A stretch of 64,000 nucleotides of DNA from the NCBI GenBank assembly GCA_918797485.1, contig CAKKNE010000002.1, forward strand, positions 2,170,001-2,234,000. Reading direction: 5' to 3'. This DNA is from Pelagomonas calceolata. Lineage: Eukaryota. Every line of letters starts with the position of its first letter. Within the stretch, counting starts at the first letter, position 1. Of this stretch, positions 10,780 through 21,215 are shown piece by piece. Made by a program: the position numbers and the translations under genes. The notes under the pieces were generated by a model. The model saw only the letters and a program-made list of their open reading frames with translations, made no database searches and was not told where the DNA came from.

Positions 10780-11899
10780 CAACAACATTAGGAGTCTTCT
10801 CGAGGCGCGCCACGAAGAGCCCCGACGTCTCGCCGCCCGCCGGGAAGCGCACCGTGCCCGGGATTGAACCCGCGACGGCGACTGGCGGCACTTCTAGAGA
10901 CATAAGCCGCGCCGCCGGCTCGTCCCGTAGAAAGGCCTCTACAACATCTTCGTTCTGCGCTTTCGTCAGCGAGCACGTCCCGTAGACCAAAACGCCGCCT
11001 CTTCTTAATCTCCCGAAGCCGTTCCGTAATAAAGCAGCCTGCAGCTCTAGCAGCGACGAACACCGTTCGGCGGAGACGTTGTCGACGGCCGTGCCCTTCT
11101 CGACCATCTTCTGGACGTGCGCGTGCGAGCCGTCGGTCGTGCAGTCGGCGTCCACTAGCACGCGGTCGTAGGCTTCTGCACAGTCCTCCTCGGGAAGGGC
11201 TTTCAGGCGCTTCGCCTCGCGCTGCCGCGCGGACTTGTTCAGGCGCTTTCTGGCGCCGCGCTGTTCGAACGAATCGGCCGCACGCGAGTCATACAACAAC
11301 TCCCGCTCGTCGGGGAAGCGCCGGCCGTCGCTCCTGTATAGGCGAACGCGCGCCGCGCCTGCCGGGTCGTGGTGCGCATCTAATAATTTGCGCGCGACGC
11401 TGAGGCGCTTCTCGGAGACGTCGACGCCGTCGACGGCACCGTTCACACCCACGGCCTCGGCGAGACACAACAGCTTCGCGCCCGGCGCGCAGCAGAGGTC
11501 GAGGACGCGGTCGCCCTCATTACAACCGAGCGCGCGCGCCGCGTAGCCCGACGCCGCGTCCATGGCGAAGACCCGGCGGTCCTCGTACGGCGCGCTTCCC
11601 TTCAAACGCCGCGCCGCCGGCATGCGCAGGAAGCCGGGCAGCCACGCCACGGGCTCGGCGTCGAGCGTGCTGCGTATCGCGTCCGTTTCGCTCGCGTCCT
11701 TCACGCGCGCGTAGCGGTACCGCGGGGCGAGGTCCGCGACCCGGGCTATTTGTAATCCCTGCTCGCCGTACCACGCGGCGAGTTCGGATGGTAGCTCGTC
11801 GCTGGCCGCCTCTGCGGTGTCGTCTTCATTGCTGGCCGTCGCTGCGGCTGCGGCGTCCATGCTGGCCGTCGCTGCGGCGGCCTCGTCAATGCTCGTCAT
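10772..11899 (-). CDS. NOL1/NOP2/Sun (RsmB-like) RNA m5C methyltransferase
   Basis: MDAAS, VLDLCCAPGAK, YDRVLVDADCT, LVYGTCSL..QNEDVV. Confidence 0.9.
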   Translation of the reverse strand: MTSIDEAAAATASMDAAAAATASNEDDTAEAASDELPSELAAWYGEQGLQIARVADLAPRYRYARVKDASETDAIRSTLDAEPVAWLPGFLRMPAARRLKGSAPYEDRRVFAMDAASGYAARALGCNEGDRVLDLCCAPGAKLLCLAEAVGVNGAVDGVDVSEKRLSVARKLLDAHHDPAGAARVRLYRSDGRRFPDERELLYDSRAADSFEQRGARKRLNKSARQREAKRLKALPEEDCAEAYDRVLVDADCTTDGSHAHVQKMVEKGTAVDNVSAERCSSLLELQAALLRNGFGRLRRGGVLVYGTCSLTKAQNEDVVEAFLRDEPAARLMSLEVPPVAVAGSIPGTVRFPAGGETSGLFVARLEKTPNVVVT

Positions 11900-12075
11900 C
11901 GCTGCGGCGGCGTGCAGAGGCTGTGCTGTCAGGAGCTCTTTTGTAGGCTACTGATGGGCGTTTCGAGCCGGGTAAGCGGCTGCAGCTCGAAGCGTGAACT
12001 GTGTCAGACGATAGCACAGCGCTGAGCAGCGCTGTGCGCCTACGAATTGCAGCTTTTTGGCTTTTTGCTGTTGTT

Positions 12076-12099
12076 GCTAGTATGTTACAGGCCGCTAGC
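12076..12099 (-). promoter_or_regulatory. 24-bp intergenic element (variant)
   Basis: gctagtatgttacaggccgctagc in the divergent gap. Confidence 0.7.
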
Positions 12100-12170
12100 T
12101 CGGCGCGCTGGCAAAAAAATCGATTCCGCAGCCAAGCGCGGCCAAAAGGCATCGATTACGCAAGATAATC

Positions 12171-12638
12171 ATGTCCACAGTCAAGGTATCAACAACTTTT
12201 GGACAGATCACGCTCAAGCTGCGGCCGGACGCGGCGCCCAAGACAGTAGAGCACTTTTGCAAGCTCGCACCGCTGTTTGATGGATGCTGCTTCTATAGGA
12301 GTGATTTTGTTATTCAGGGCGGGCTGCAGCGCGCCGACGGCTCATCCGTACCAAACCCGATGAAGCCGATTCCGGTCAACGAAACCCATACGGACGTGGT
12401 CCTCTCGAACGTCCGCGGCACGGCGGCCTTCGGGCACTGGGACGTGCCGGACGCTGGCAACTCGGACTGGTTCATCAACCTGAAGGAGAATAGCCATTTG
12501 GACAGCGCTTATGGTGGCTACGCGGTCTTCGCGGCCGTCGACCCGGGCGACGCGGCCTCGTTCGCGACGATCGATTCGATCGCTCGGAACATTCTGGAAG
12601 GAGGGAAGCCGACGATCAACTTCGTACACGTGGAGTAA
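12171..12638 (+). CDS. cyclophilin-type peptidyl-prolyl isomerase
   Basis: APKTVEHF, FYRSDFVIQGG, NVRGT, WFINLKENSHLD..YAVF. Confidence 0.9.
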   Translation: MSTVKVSTTFGQITLKLRPDAAPKTVEHFCKLAPLFDGCCFYRSDFVIQGGLQRADGSSVPNPMKPIPVNETHTDVVLSNVRGTAAFGHWDVPDAGNSDWFINLKENSHLDSAYGGYAVFAAVDPGDAASFATIDSIARNILEGGKPTINFVHVE

Positions 12639-12648
12639 TTAAAATGTC

Positions 12649-12672
12649 GCTAGCGGCCTGTAAGACACTAGC
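12649..12672 (+). promoter_or_regulatory. 24-bp intergenic element, perfect copy
   Basis: gctagcggcctgtaagacactagc upstream of ATG 12837. Confidence 0.75.
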
Positions 12673-12836
12673 AATCGCCGGCGCTTGCAAGCTTTGCGGG
12701 CGTTTCTTGCCGCATCAATGCAAAAATGAGGACGTGAAGTGTGCGTTAGCCCCTTTACGCCTTCGACGCGACGCGCTGCGAGTTCTAAAGGCGCAGCGCT
12801 AAGTGCACGCGCTGCAGCCAAGACAGACAAAAAAGT

Positions 12837-13715
12837 ATGGCGCCCTGCCGCCACCGCGTCGCCGGCGTAGCAGACATGCTCGGCACGCCGGACGTGCCCG
12901 CCTACCAGGAGGCCTGCCTCGCGGCGCGACTCACAAGATTAAGGGTGCTGGGCTGGCCGCTCGCGCTGCGCTTGTGTACCACGGACGATGGGAATGAAGA
13001 CGCGACGCTCGACGAGCTGCGGGTGTACATGAAGGAGACGCATCGATTGAGGGAAGCGCACGGCCAGGGCATCCCCTGGTGGAGTGCGGAGTACGGGCCG
13101 GAACGAGCGCCCGTCGTTGGTGCGAACGCGCCCGACGGGCCCCTCAAGTCGGCGGGCCTCTCGCGATCATCGACGCTTTTACAGGTAGTGCGCGAGGCCG
13201 CTTCAAAGGGCCCGCCCGCGTCTCGACGAAGCTGGTTCCCTACACCAAAGGCGCGCAAGGGATTGGTCGGTGTCGTCTTCTACAGCGCGACGTGTCGCGT
13301 GTGGAACTGGGGCGGCGTCTGGACCTTTCCACAATTGTTGAATGACTACGGCGTGCCCATTGTCTTTGTCTACGTCAGCGAGTACTCTGTTACCGATTCG
13401 GACGCATTAACAGATTCAAGCTATGTACCGGTCGTCGACCAGCCGAAAGAAGAAAACTGGAAGGCGGCGAACTGCTTGTTATTTGGTGTGCCCATGGTCG
13501 CGGCGGCGCTGGGCTGGCGGCCGGACCGCGTCGACCAGTATGTTGATGGAATGGACCGCGCCCTAGAAAGCGCGTACGAGGCGGCGCCTTGGAGGGTGTA
13601 TGTGCTCGACGCGGCTTCATCTACCATCGCGTTCCGGACGGGGCCGGGCCCTCTGAATGGGATCGCCAAAGCCAGGGCTTTGAGCGACTTCCTCGCTGCG
13701 AACCGGGAGTTTTGA
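12837..13715 (+). CDS. iodothyronine deiodinase-like thioredoxin-fold protein (Cys form)
   Basis: VVFYSATC (cf. deiodinase FGSA/CTU), FVYVSE, VDGMD..ESAYEAAPWRVYVL, FRTGPGP. Confidence 0.65.
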   Translation: MAPCRHRVAGVADMLGTPDVPAYQEACLAARLTRLRVLGWPLALRLCTTDDGNEDATLDELRVYMKETHRLREAHGQGIPWWSAEYGPERAPVVGANAPDGPLKSAGLSRSSTLLQVVREAASKGPPASRRSWFPTPKARKGLVGVVFYSATCRVWNWGGVWTFPQLLNDYGVPIVFVYVSEYSVTDSDALTDSSYVPVVDQPKEENWKAANCLLFGVPMVAAALGWRPDRVDQYVDGMDRALESAYEAAPWRVYVLDAASSTIAFRTGPGPLNGIAKARALSDFLAANREF

Positions 13716-13735
13716 TTTTAACATCTGTTGTTTTA

Positions 13736-14503
13736 CTACGCGGTCCACGTACGCCTCTTCGCCACGTACAACCCGACCTCGTTGCGCCTCAACAAATTGG
13801 GCGTAGCGAATGGGTCGTGGTAGCCGTAGGTCAGCGTCTCCTCGGGGCGGCGGACCTCGTAGCCGTGCTTTGCCAGCGCGGCCTCGAGCCTTGCCCGTTC
13901 CTTGGCGACGCGCTGCTCTGATGGTGGCTTACCGGAGAAACGTACGAAGGCGGCCTGTGTAGCAAGATGATGTCGCGTCGATGGCGTTGGGGGAAATCCA
14001 CGCTCTCGAAAGACGTCGTCGCGAGCGCCCAGATTGAGTCGATGACACCGAGTCGGCACCATGTGCGGCTTGATCTGCCGTAGCGCCATCGACGAATCGG
14101 TCGGCACAGGTAGGGACCGGACCGTCTCGTTGGCGCTCATCACGAACGAGACCTTCGTGGCACGCTCGGAAGTCTCCATGCGCACTGGGGCTGTCATGCT
14201 CATGCTCCGAGACGTCTTCTTCAAGGAGACGCCTCGGACTCGGTTCTTCCCACCAAATATATAGCCGGCGCATGCTCCAAACCCGGGGCCCATCGATTGT
14301 CTCATCGGCGTCCCTTTCATCGTCGCCTCGGCGACAACGTAAGCGTCGTAGCTTCGTATCTCGACGCCTCCAGGCAATTTCTCGACGACGCTGTACTTGG
14401 GTCTTTCGAGCAGCTCGCTGACGCGCCACGCGTAGAGGCCGAGCCCGTAACGTATCGTCACTAATGCGCCCACAATGCCCCCGATGACCTTACTCGCAAT
14501 CAT
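13736..14503 (-). CDS. SOUL heme-binding protein (in-frame intron 13955-14059)
   Basis: ERPKYSVV..VEIRSY, GF..CAGYIFG, MSMTAPV, YHDPFATPNLLRRNEV. Confidence 0.9.
   Translation of the reverse strand: MIASKVIGGIVGALVTIRYGLGLYAWRVSELLERPKYSVVEKLPGGVEIRSYDAYVVAEATMKGTPMRQSMGPGFGACAGYIFGGKNRVRGVSLKKTSRSMSMTAPVRMETSERATKVSFVMSANETVRSLPVPTDSSMALRQIKPHMVPTRCHRLNLGARDDVFRERGFPPTPSTRHHLATQAAFVRFSGKPPSEQRVAKERARLEAALAKHGYEVRRPEETLTYGYHDPFATPNLLRRNEVGLYVAKRRTWTA
13955..14059 (-). mobile_element. degenerate introner-like intron (105 nt, stop-free)
   Basis: gtgccg..ctacacag with core cgccatcgacgcgac; interrupts the SOUL domain. Confidence 0.7.
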
Positions 14504-14825
14504 TTTGCGCTCGTAGTTGTCTCAGGTGTTGTATTTCGACAGATGCCTGTCTCAGTAGCTTGGTACGACCGCTGCGGCTCGGAGAGCGCTGGTGCGTCAG
14601 TGTGCTCTCCCGACCAAAGAAATGCTGCACGCGGGCAACCGATTGCCGAAGCGCTTCTGAACTAAGAATGCTTTGATACCTGACGCGTTGCAACCTTGCA
14701 GCGCAGTCGCTGATGGCGCACTCGACCGGGCCTCGGTGTGAAAGCGCTGGCGTGCGGGTTGGAAGCGATCTCTCAGACGAAGCGCATCTCTCGCAGACGA
14801 AAGGGACGTCATTTCTCACTCAACC

Positions 14826-15545
14826 TTACAGCCCCGCCCCCGCGGCGGCCGCGGACGCCGCCTGCGCCGCGGCCTTCGCGGCCTTCTCGGCGATGACCTC
14901 CTTGGCCGGGTAGTGGAAGAGCGGGTCCAGGGCGAACTGGAGGAACTTGTCCACCCCCAGCACGTAGATCACCATGACCGCCGTGATCACCACGACTAGT
15001 CCCAGCGTGTTCAGAACTTCTTGCGGCCCCGGCCAGATGATCAGATCTAATTCTTTTTTCATCCCCTCCACCACACCTAAGCCGTCGGAGTACGCGAGGG
15101 CCTCCTCCTCTTTTTGCGTTTCTTCGACGGCCGTGTCGACCATGGACTGCAGGACGTTCTTCTGTTCCGTGGCCTCGAAGACCTCCTTCGGCTTTGTCGC
15201 CTTGAGGTCGAGCTCGGCAGCTCTAGCTTTGATTCGTTCGCGGATGTCGGCGTATTGGTCCGCTTCAACGGCGGGCGCCTCCTCGACGGTCTCTGTCGCT
15301 GTCTCCAAGATTTCTACAGCGGCGGCGTCCTCCTCCGGCTGCTCGTCGCCGGGCAGGTCGTCCTTGTCCCGCGTGAGGCCCGGGATGTTGGAGTCGGGCA
15401 GCGGCTTCGACGACGAGGCCAGCTGCGTATGCCTGTGGCGCGGCGCGGCGAGGCGCGGCCGCGGCGCGAAGGTCGTGGCGCGCTGCGCGAGCAGGACGAA
15501 TAAGAAGCTGGTCGCCGGCCTTCGTCGTCGCGTTGGTGGTGCCAT
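14826..15545 (-). CDS. secE: plastid preprotein translocase subunit SecE
   Basis: GMKKELDLIIWPGPQEVLNTLGLVV..VLGVD; bipartite presequence (ATTFAP). Confidence 0.8.
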   Translation of the reverse strand: MAPPTRRRRPATSFLFVLLAQRATTFAPRPRLAAPRHRHTQLASSSKPLPDSNIPGLTRDKDDLPGDEQPEEDAAAVEILETATETVEEAPAVEADQYADIRERIKARAAELDLKATKPKEVFEATEQKNVLQSMVDTAVEETQKEEEALAYSDGLGVVEGMKKELDLIIWPGPQEVLNTLGLVVVITAVMVIYVLGVDKFLQFALDPLFHYPAKEVIAEKAAKAAAQAASAAAAGAGL

Positions 15546-15748
15546 TTGTGCGGCTGCGGCGGCGTGGCGCTGCGTAGTGTCGCTGCAAGGGTGGCTACGT
15601 GATCGCTGTGGACAACTCTGGAGCGCTCCCGCGAAGGTGGCTGTGTGCGCTGCGTCTGAGCAAGTATGCAGACGACTCAACGAGGTGTCTGTGTGCCTTC
15701 CTGGCACACTGCAATGGCACTTAGTTGTTGCATCAATGAGCATAATAC

Positions 15749-15766
15749 CTAGCGTAATAACACTAG
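15749..15766 (+). promoter_or_regulatory. shortened 24-bp element
   Basis: ctagcgtaataacactag in the divergent gap. Confidence 0.5.
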
Positions 15767-15978
15767 AACACGCGCTCTGAGGCGTATCTTGCACGCCTCC
15801 CGCGCCCCGCAGGAGTCGTGGCTCCCAAGAAACCGCGTAGCTCTCAAAGCAAAAAAAGCCTCTCAAAGCAATTCGCGCGCGCCGCCCGCCGCACCGCTAC
15901 TCGAGCCGAAAGGCAACGGCACAGGCCGTACGCGTCGTGGACGCACTCATTTCGAACGCCGGGGCAGCCATCAAAGCA

Positions 15979-17223
15979 ATGGTGCTCACCACCGATGACA
16001 GCCTAGAGGACATCCTGGCTGAGACTGTGGCCGCGGCGGAACAAGCGCTGCGTGAAATGAAAGGAGAGGCCGCGCCGCCGCCGCCGCCGCCGCCCGCGCC
16101 TTCCCTGAAACCGTGGTGCGGCGCCTGCGAATTGGCCGGCGACGGCCTCCGCGTCGCCGCGGGCTGCGCGGTGGCGAACGGCAGCGTCGCGTTCTACGAC
16201 GCCGACCAGAAGGCAGACGAACCGGTGCTGTCCGTCGCCTGCGACGCCGTGGCGGCGAGCTACACACTAGGAACTGACGGTGTGACATTCCGCGCCGACG
16301 ATCTCGCGTACGGCGTGCGCTTCGAAGATCCAGGGGACGTGGCGGGCTTCTGCCGGGCCGTCGCGGCCACGGCGCGCGCGACACGCATTTTCGAGCTCCG
16401 GGCGTCGGCGGATGAGAGAGTGGTACAAAGGGAGGACCTCTGCGAGGTCGCAGTTAAGGTCTATCAAGGTGGTGAGCTGGTGCTCGACGACCCGGACGCG
16501 GCCTGCGCGGCGGACGGTTCCGTCGAACCGGTGCCGGGCCTCGGTGCGCGTGTCGTCGGCGCGCGGCGCGGGAGTGCCATCGGTATGATGATAGGCGACC
16601 GCTGGGTCGAGGCGGTCATAGGGCACATCGCTGGTGGCGACGTGGTCGAGGACCCGCCACTACTCGAAAAAGAGGTCATCGAGGAGCGGGTCGTGACACC
16701 ACCTCCGAAAATCCGGCCCGTGTCCTTGGAGAAGGCGCGGCGCCAGCTCGATGACCTGCTCCTCCGAGCCAAGGAAGAGCCTGGAGAGGACCCGCGCGTG
16801 GCCGAATTGCTGCAAGAGCGCGACGTGTTGCGGTCGAAACTGCGCGGCAACGAGGACGCGCTCGCCAAGCTGCGCGCGTTCATGGAGGACCTGAAGAAGC
16901 CGCGGCGTATGGAAGAGCCCGAAATCCCGCCCGCGGCGCGCGCCTGGAAGGCCGAGGTCGACGCCGAGGTCGCGTGTAGCAAAGCGGCCATGGCCGCGGA
17001 GCAGGCCCGCCTCGCGGCGCGGAACGCGGCCGTGATGGCGGCGGTGCCCGCGCCGCGCGAGATCCCTCCGGTCAACGGCCCGATCGCGGACGCGCTATTG
17101 CGATCCATAGCGTTCGACCTCGAGGTGCTGGAGCGGCGGGGGAGCGCCGCGGACCACGCGCGGTACCTGGACGGGCTGCGGGCGGTCTTGCGGCGGGAGG
17201 AGGGGCGTAGGGACCTGTTCTAG
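15979..17223 (+). CDS. FKBP15-like protein (EVH1-like region, degenerate FKBP, coiled coil)
   Basis: TFRADDLAYGVRFEDPGDVAGFCRAV, VQREDLCEVAVKVY..VPGLGARVVGARRG, C-terminal coiled coil; similarity judged by eye. Confidence 0.45.
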   Translation: MVLTTDDSLEDILAETVAAAEQALREMKGEAAPPPPPPPAPSLKPWCGACELAGDGLRVAAGCAVANGSVAFYDADQKADEPVLSVACDAVAASYTLGTDGVTFRADDLAYGVRFEDPGDVAGFCRAVAATARATRIFELRASADERVVQREDLCEVAVKVYQGGELVLDDPDAACAADGSVEPVPGLGARVVGARRGSAIGMMIGDRWVEAVIGHIAGGDVVEDPPLLEKEVIEERVVTPPPKIRPVSLEKARRQLDDLLLRAKEEPGEDPRVAELLQERDVLRSKLRGNEDALAKLRAFMEDLKKPRRMEEPEIPPAARAWKAEVDAEVACSKAAMAAEQARLAARNAAVMAAVPAPREIPPVNGPIADALLRSIAFDLEVLERRGSAADHARYLDGLRAVLRREEGRRDLF

Positions 17224-17759
17224 GTAGGATTCGTTCGGTTCGGGCACGGGTTTGCGCGCGAACGTCGCGTCGATGGCGTAAGGGGGACACCCAGTCAAAT
17301 CGGGGTTATCAATGGCGCTTTAAGACAGGCTATTGAAGACGAAAAGACTGCTTAAGTAGGCTTTGTCGCTTGGCTAGTGTGCTAATGTACCCTAGGTAAC
17401 TATTTTGCGAGTACAGCGAGACGAGTTTATTGCTCGCAAGTGGCAGTGTCTGACATATCAGAGACGATCAAGCCGCCGCACGGACGTCTGCGCACCTCTC
17501 GAAGCGCTCGACGCAGCACGACGCGCCGGCTCGCCGCAGCTTGTGGCAAAATCGCCATTTTGCCCAGCTGGCTTAGGAGCCGCCGACACACGCCGCCGAT
17601 GGCAAGAGACGCCGCCGACGCCCCACGGCAGCCACCTAACCCCTACTCTCGCACGCAGGTCCCCCACCAACACGTCGCAGCGACGATAGCGTAGACAAGT
17701 CGGTCGAGTCGGCAGCCTTTTCGGAGGCCCCCCACTCCCGCACAGCACACTTAGCGACC

Positions 17760-18206
17760 ATGTCCAAAAAAGCCGAGGTCGTCAAGGAGGTGACCACCCT
17801 GGGCCCCAAGCTCACCGAGGGCGAGACGCTCTTCGGCGTCGCGCACATCTTCGCGTCGTTCAACGACACGTTCGTGCACGTCACTGATCTGTCGGGCCGT
17901 GAGACCCTCGTCCGCGTGACGGGCGGCATGAAGGTCAAGGCCGACCGCGACGAGGCGTCGCCCTACGCGGCCATGCTTGCCGCGCAGGACGTCGCCGTGC
18001 GCTGCAAGGAGCTCGGCGTGACGGCGCTGCACATCAAGATCCGCGCGACGGGCGGCAACAAGACGAAGACGCCGGGCCCCGGCGCCCAGTCGGCGCTGCG
18101 CGCGCTCGCGCGCGCGGGCCTCAAGATCGGCCGCATCGAGGACGTGACGCCGATCCCGTCCGACTCGACGCGCCGCAAGAGCGGTCGCCGCGGTCGCCGC
18201 CTCTAG
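17760..18206 (+). CDS. RPS14: 40S ribosomal protein S14 (uS11)
   Basis: [36 protein letters not shown]. Confidence 0.98.
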   Translation: MSKKAEVVKEVTTLGPKLTEGETLFGVAHIFASFNDTFVHVTDLSGRETLVRVTGGMKVKADRDEASPYAAMLAAQDVAVRCKELGVTALHIKIRATGGNKTKTPGPGAQSALRALARAGLKIGRIEDVTPIPSDSTRRKSGRRGRRL

Positions 18207-18309
18207 GCGTGCTGTTGCTTCTGTAATAGTTGACACATTAGTTACAATTCCCGCGTCTGCAGCACGAGGGCCGTCTGGTCCTCGTCGATGGCGTCGAGCG
18301 TGAAGTTCC

Positions 18310-18915
18310 TCACTCACTCGCGTCCGGCTCGGAGAGGATCCACTCCACGCCCCACTTGTCCCCGCGCTTCGCGAGGCTGAACGTGTAAAGGACGTCGTCG
18401 ATCTTGACGCGTCTTACGTAGCGGTCCTCGCCGTCGCGGAGCTCCGAGACCGTCGTCGGGTCCGAGGCGCCCGTGAGGAGCTTGCAGTAGGGCTCGGAGC
18501 GCAGCGCGACCCAGAAGTCGTTCAGACGAGCCACGTCGCGCGGCGCGAGCGACCGGAAGAAGTCGCTCCGGAAGGAGAAGGGGTCGACGTGGGCGGCATC
18601 ATATAAAGCTTTCACGCCGTCGGTAGAACGGTACTCCTCGTGGTCCCACTGGATGTCGTCGCGCCGCCCGAAGTCCACGGAGCGCGTTTTGAGGCCTTCG
18701 AGTAAGGCGTCCAGCGTCGCCGCGGCCCCGATGCGTCGAAACAACGCGAGCGTCTCCAGAAAATTGGCGTTTTCGCTGTTCTCGTCGTAGAGCCGCGCCG
18801 GCCGCGCGACGCCGCGGACTTGCGAGGCCTGGTGGGCCAGTCTCCTGTTGTTGCGCGGCGACGCCGGCGCGTGGAACGCAGCAGCCTCGACGATCAATAA
18901 GCAGAAGAGCCTCAT
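18310..18915 (-). CDS. hypothetical plastid-targeted protein
   Basis: signal peptide plus AAAFHAP motif; 201 aa. Confidence 0.65.
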   Translation of the reverse strand: MRLFCLLIVEAAAFHAPASPRNNRRLAHQASQVRGVARPARLYDENSENANFLETLALFRRIGAAATLDALLEGLKTRSVDFGRRDDIQWDHEEYRSTDGVKALYDAAHVDPFSFRSDFFRSLAPRDVARLNDFWVALRSEPYCKLLTGASDPTTVSELRDGEDRYVRRVKIDDVLYTFSLAKRGDKWGVEWILSEPDASE

Positions 18916-19098
18916 CGTTCGCAGCTACGAAGCAGCGGAACAAAACTGGTGCCACGATCTTTTTTTACTGTAGGCTGATGCTATGCGATTTTTGGGGCCG
19001 CAGTTGTCCAGCAGAGGTGGACAGCGTGTAGAGGAGTTACGGAGTCTGCTCAGCGACGTACAGCGCGCTCACGGAAGAAATCTGCCTTAATTTTGGGA

Positions 19099-19118
19099 GC
19101 TAGCGGTAAGATACTAGG
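19099..19118 (+). promoter_or_regulatory. 24-bp element with 4-nt internal deletion
   Basis: gctagcggtaagatactagg upstream of 18915(-). Confidence 0.65.
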
Positions 19119-19259
19119 CATTTTTTCGGAACCCGCGACGTAACTAGCCTGAGCCTAAGCGGCTCTGAAGCGGCTCTGTGGGCGCTGGGAGTACCGTGGT
19201 GGCAAGGATTAACTCCGAGGGGCGGTCCGGTGTAAAAACGACATCGACAGCAAAAAGTG

Positions 19260-20216
19260 TTACGCGGCGGCGTCGACGGCGTCGGAGGGTTCGGGCGACG
19301 GTTCGAGCGAGGGCACTTCATCATTTTTCGCCGGCGACGCGACGACGCGGCCCGAGGCGAAGAGCGCGGCGACGAGGTCGTCCTTCTCGACGCACGCGTC
19401 GTCCTCCACACCCAAGTCGTCCATGAGCGCCTTGAGGCGTTTCACGGACCAGTCCCTCAGGTCGGACTCGTCCATGACGACGACGTCGTCCTCGGTGTCG
19501 TAGACGTCGACGACGCCCGCCTCGACGACGCGTCTTACTAGGTCACGCTTCTCGCCAGGTACATCGCTATCTACCGGCAGCAATGCTCGCAATTCCGACA
19601 TGGACTTGCGGAAGAGCTGGCTCATGGAACATCGTGGCCGTCGCTTCGACATGCGCTCGGCCCGACCCTCTTCGAAGGACGCGTCGTCCGTCGGCAGCTC
19701 ATATCTACAATTCGGGCAGGTGCAATGTTTGATCAACCAGTCCTTGACGCAGCCGGGGTGGTAGACGTGGCCACACGGCAGCTTCGCGACCTCGTCGCCT
19801 TCGCTCAGCGCCTCGAGGCAGACGCAGCACGTCGAATTCTCTCCACTCAGCTCGTCGGCTCTGGCTGGTTGGACGGGTAAATTGGCGAGGGTGGCCGCCG
19901 ACGCGGGCGGCGGTCCTTTCGGCTCCTGGGCCTCGGCGACGCGCCGCGCCGCCTCGGTGCGCTCGAGCGCCGCCTGCAATCGCAACTCCGAGGCCGCGAG
20001 GGCCGCGAGGATGGCGAGCGACGACCCCGGCTGCAGGCTCAGGCCGTTCGTCGTTCCATTATTGGCCACGAGCGTCCCGTTCCTATGTATAATCATCTGC
20101 GGCTGCGCGCGCGCGCGGCCGTCGAGTAGAATAAAGTTGCCGTGGTTGCCCTGGCCGAGGCGGATGATGCGCGGCTGCGGCCGGGGGCGCGGCTCGGCCG
20201 ACGCGCCGGCGCCCAT
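19260..20216 (-). CDS. RING-H2 E3 ubiquitin ligase, probably N-myristoylated
   Basis: CCVCLE..LPCGHVYHPGCVKDWL..CPNCRYELPTDD; starts MGAGAS. Confidence 0.9.
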   Translation of the reverse strand: MGAGASAEPRPRPQPRIIRLGQGNHGNFILLDGRARAQPQMIIHRNGTLVANNGTTNGLSLQPGSSLAILAALAASELRLQAALERTEAARRVAEAQEPKGPPPASAATLANLPVQPARADELSGENSTCCVCLEALSEGDEVAKLPCGHVYHPGCVKDWLIKHCTCPNCRYELPTDDASFEEGRAERMSKRRPRCSMSQLFRKSMSELRALLPVDSDVPGEKRDLVRRVVEAGVVDVYDTEDDVVVMDESDLRDWSVKRLKALMDDLGVEDDACVEKDDLVAALFASGRVVASPAKNDEVPSLEPSPEPSDAVDAAA

Positions 20217-20580
20217 GGCGGCGTCGGCGCCCGCTGCGTGGTGTGCTGTTCCGCCTTAAGTGCTGCCCACTTGCGCGCGCCTCGGTCGTAATCGGCCCGG
20301 GAATCAATCAGGACACAGTGATGGCTGCCCCACGCCGCCCGGGGCCCTCCTCGCCGTCCCGGCACGTCTTACAAACTCCGTGCACTGGGAGAGCAAGCCC
20401 TGCCAGAGACCACAGCGGCCAGATTGAGCAGGCAGTCCCGCTGCCCGTGGGCCGTCGCCGCACGTGAAAAGCCAGCAATCCCCTTGGAATTACCAGAGGA
20501 AGCGCTGGCCGCCAAAAAAACGGGAGCGGGGGCGCTCCGTAGCGCACTTACAGCCACAGGGAGAAGCATAGCAGCACAAA

Positions 20581-21198
20581 ATGACCTCCTACGGTATCTG
20601 GCGCGACAAATACCCTCCGAAGCCTGACATTCCGGACGCGGCGCTCTGGAAGGACAAATATAAGCAGCCGCTGCGCTCATCCAGCGCGTACCAGGCGTCC
20701 ATCGCCCAACCGAGCCGCCCGAAAAGCGTGCGGAGACGGCGCCGGCGGCCGACGCAGTACCAGCGAGACGCGTCGACTGTTGGCAGCTTCGACACGTTGA
20801 GCTACCACGACGGCGCGCGGACCATCGTCATGGTCCACCGCAACGACATCTGGTGCCGCGAGCACCGAAAGGTACTCGATCCTTGGGTTGTCGGGGTCTT
20901 CCAAAGGCCCGACTGCCGCTACCTTGAGCTCCGCGCGAAGCGCGAGGCGCCGCGGGGCTTGGAGGTGAGTCTGCGCATCAGCGATCGACAGATTAACGCG
21001 CGGGCGCATCCGTACGACCTGCAGCACTGGGCGACGCGCGTGCTCCCGTTCGCCGTCGAGCTGTACTTTCCCGGCCGGGACCGGGCCCTGCCCCGGCTGC
21101 GGTTGCGGAGAGACTTCTTCAAGTATCTCATCGACGACGTCATCCTCGACACGCCGAATAGCGTCCGGGCGACGCTGAACGTCGCCATGGTAAACTAA
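20581..21198 (+). CDS. hypothetical protein
   Basis: 205-aa ATG ORF, coding-like codon use, converges on the WD40 gene. Confidence 0.65.
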   Translation: MTSYGIWRDKYPPKPDIPDAALWKDKYKQPLRSSSAYQASIAQPSRPKSVRRRRRRPTQYQRDASTVGSFDTLSYHDGARTIVMVHRNDIWCREHRKVLDPWVVGVFQRPDCRYLELRAKREAPRGLEVSLRISDRQINARAHPYDLQHWATRVLPFAVELYFPGRDRALPRLRLRRDFFKYLIDDVILDTPNSVRATLNVAMVN

Positions 21199-21215
21199 TC
21201 ACATGTTAACTAAAA

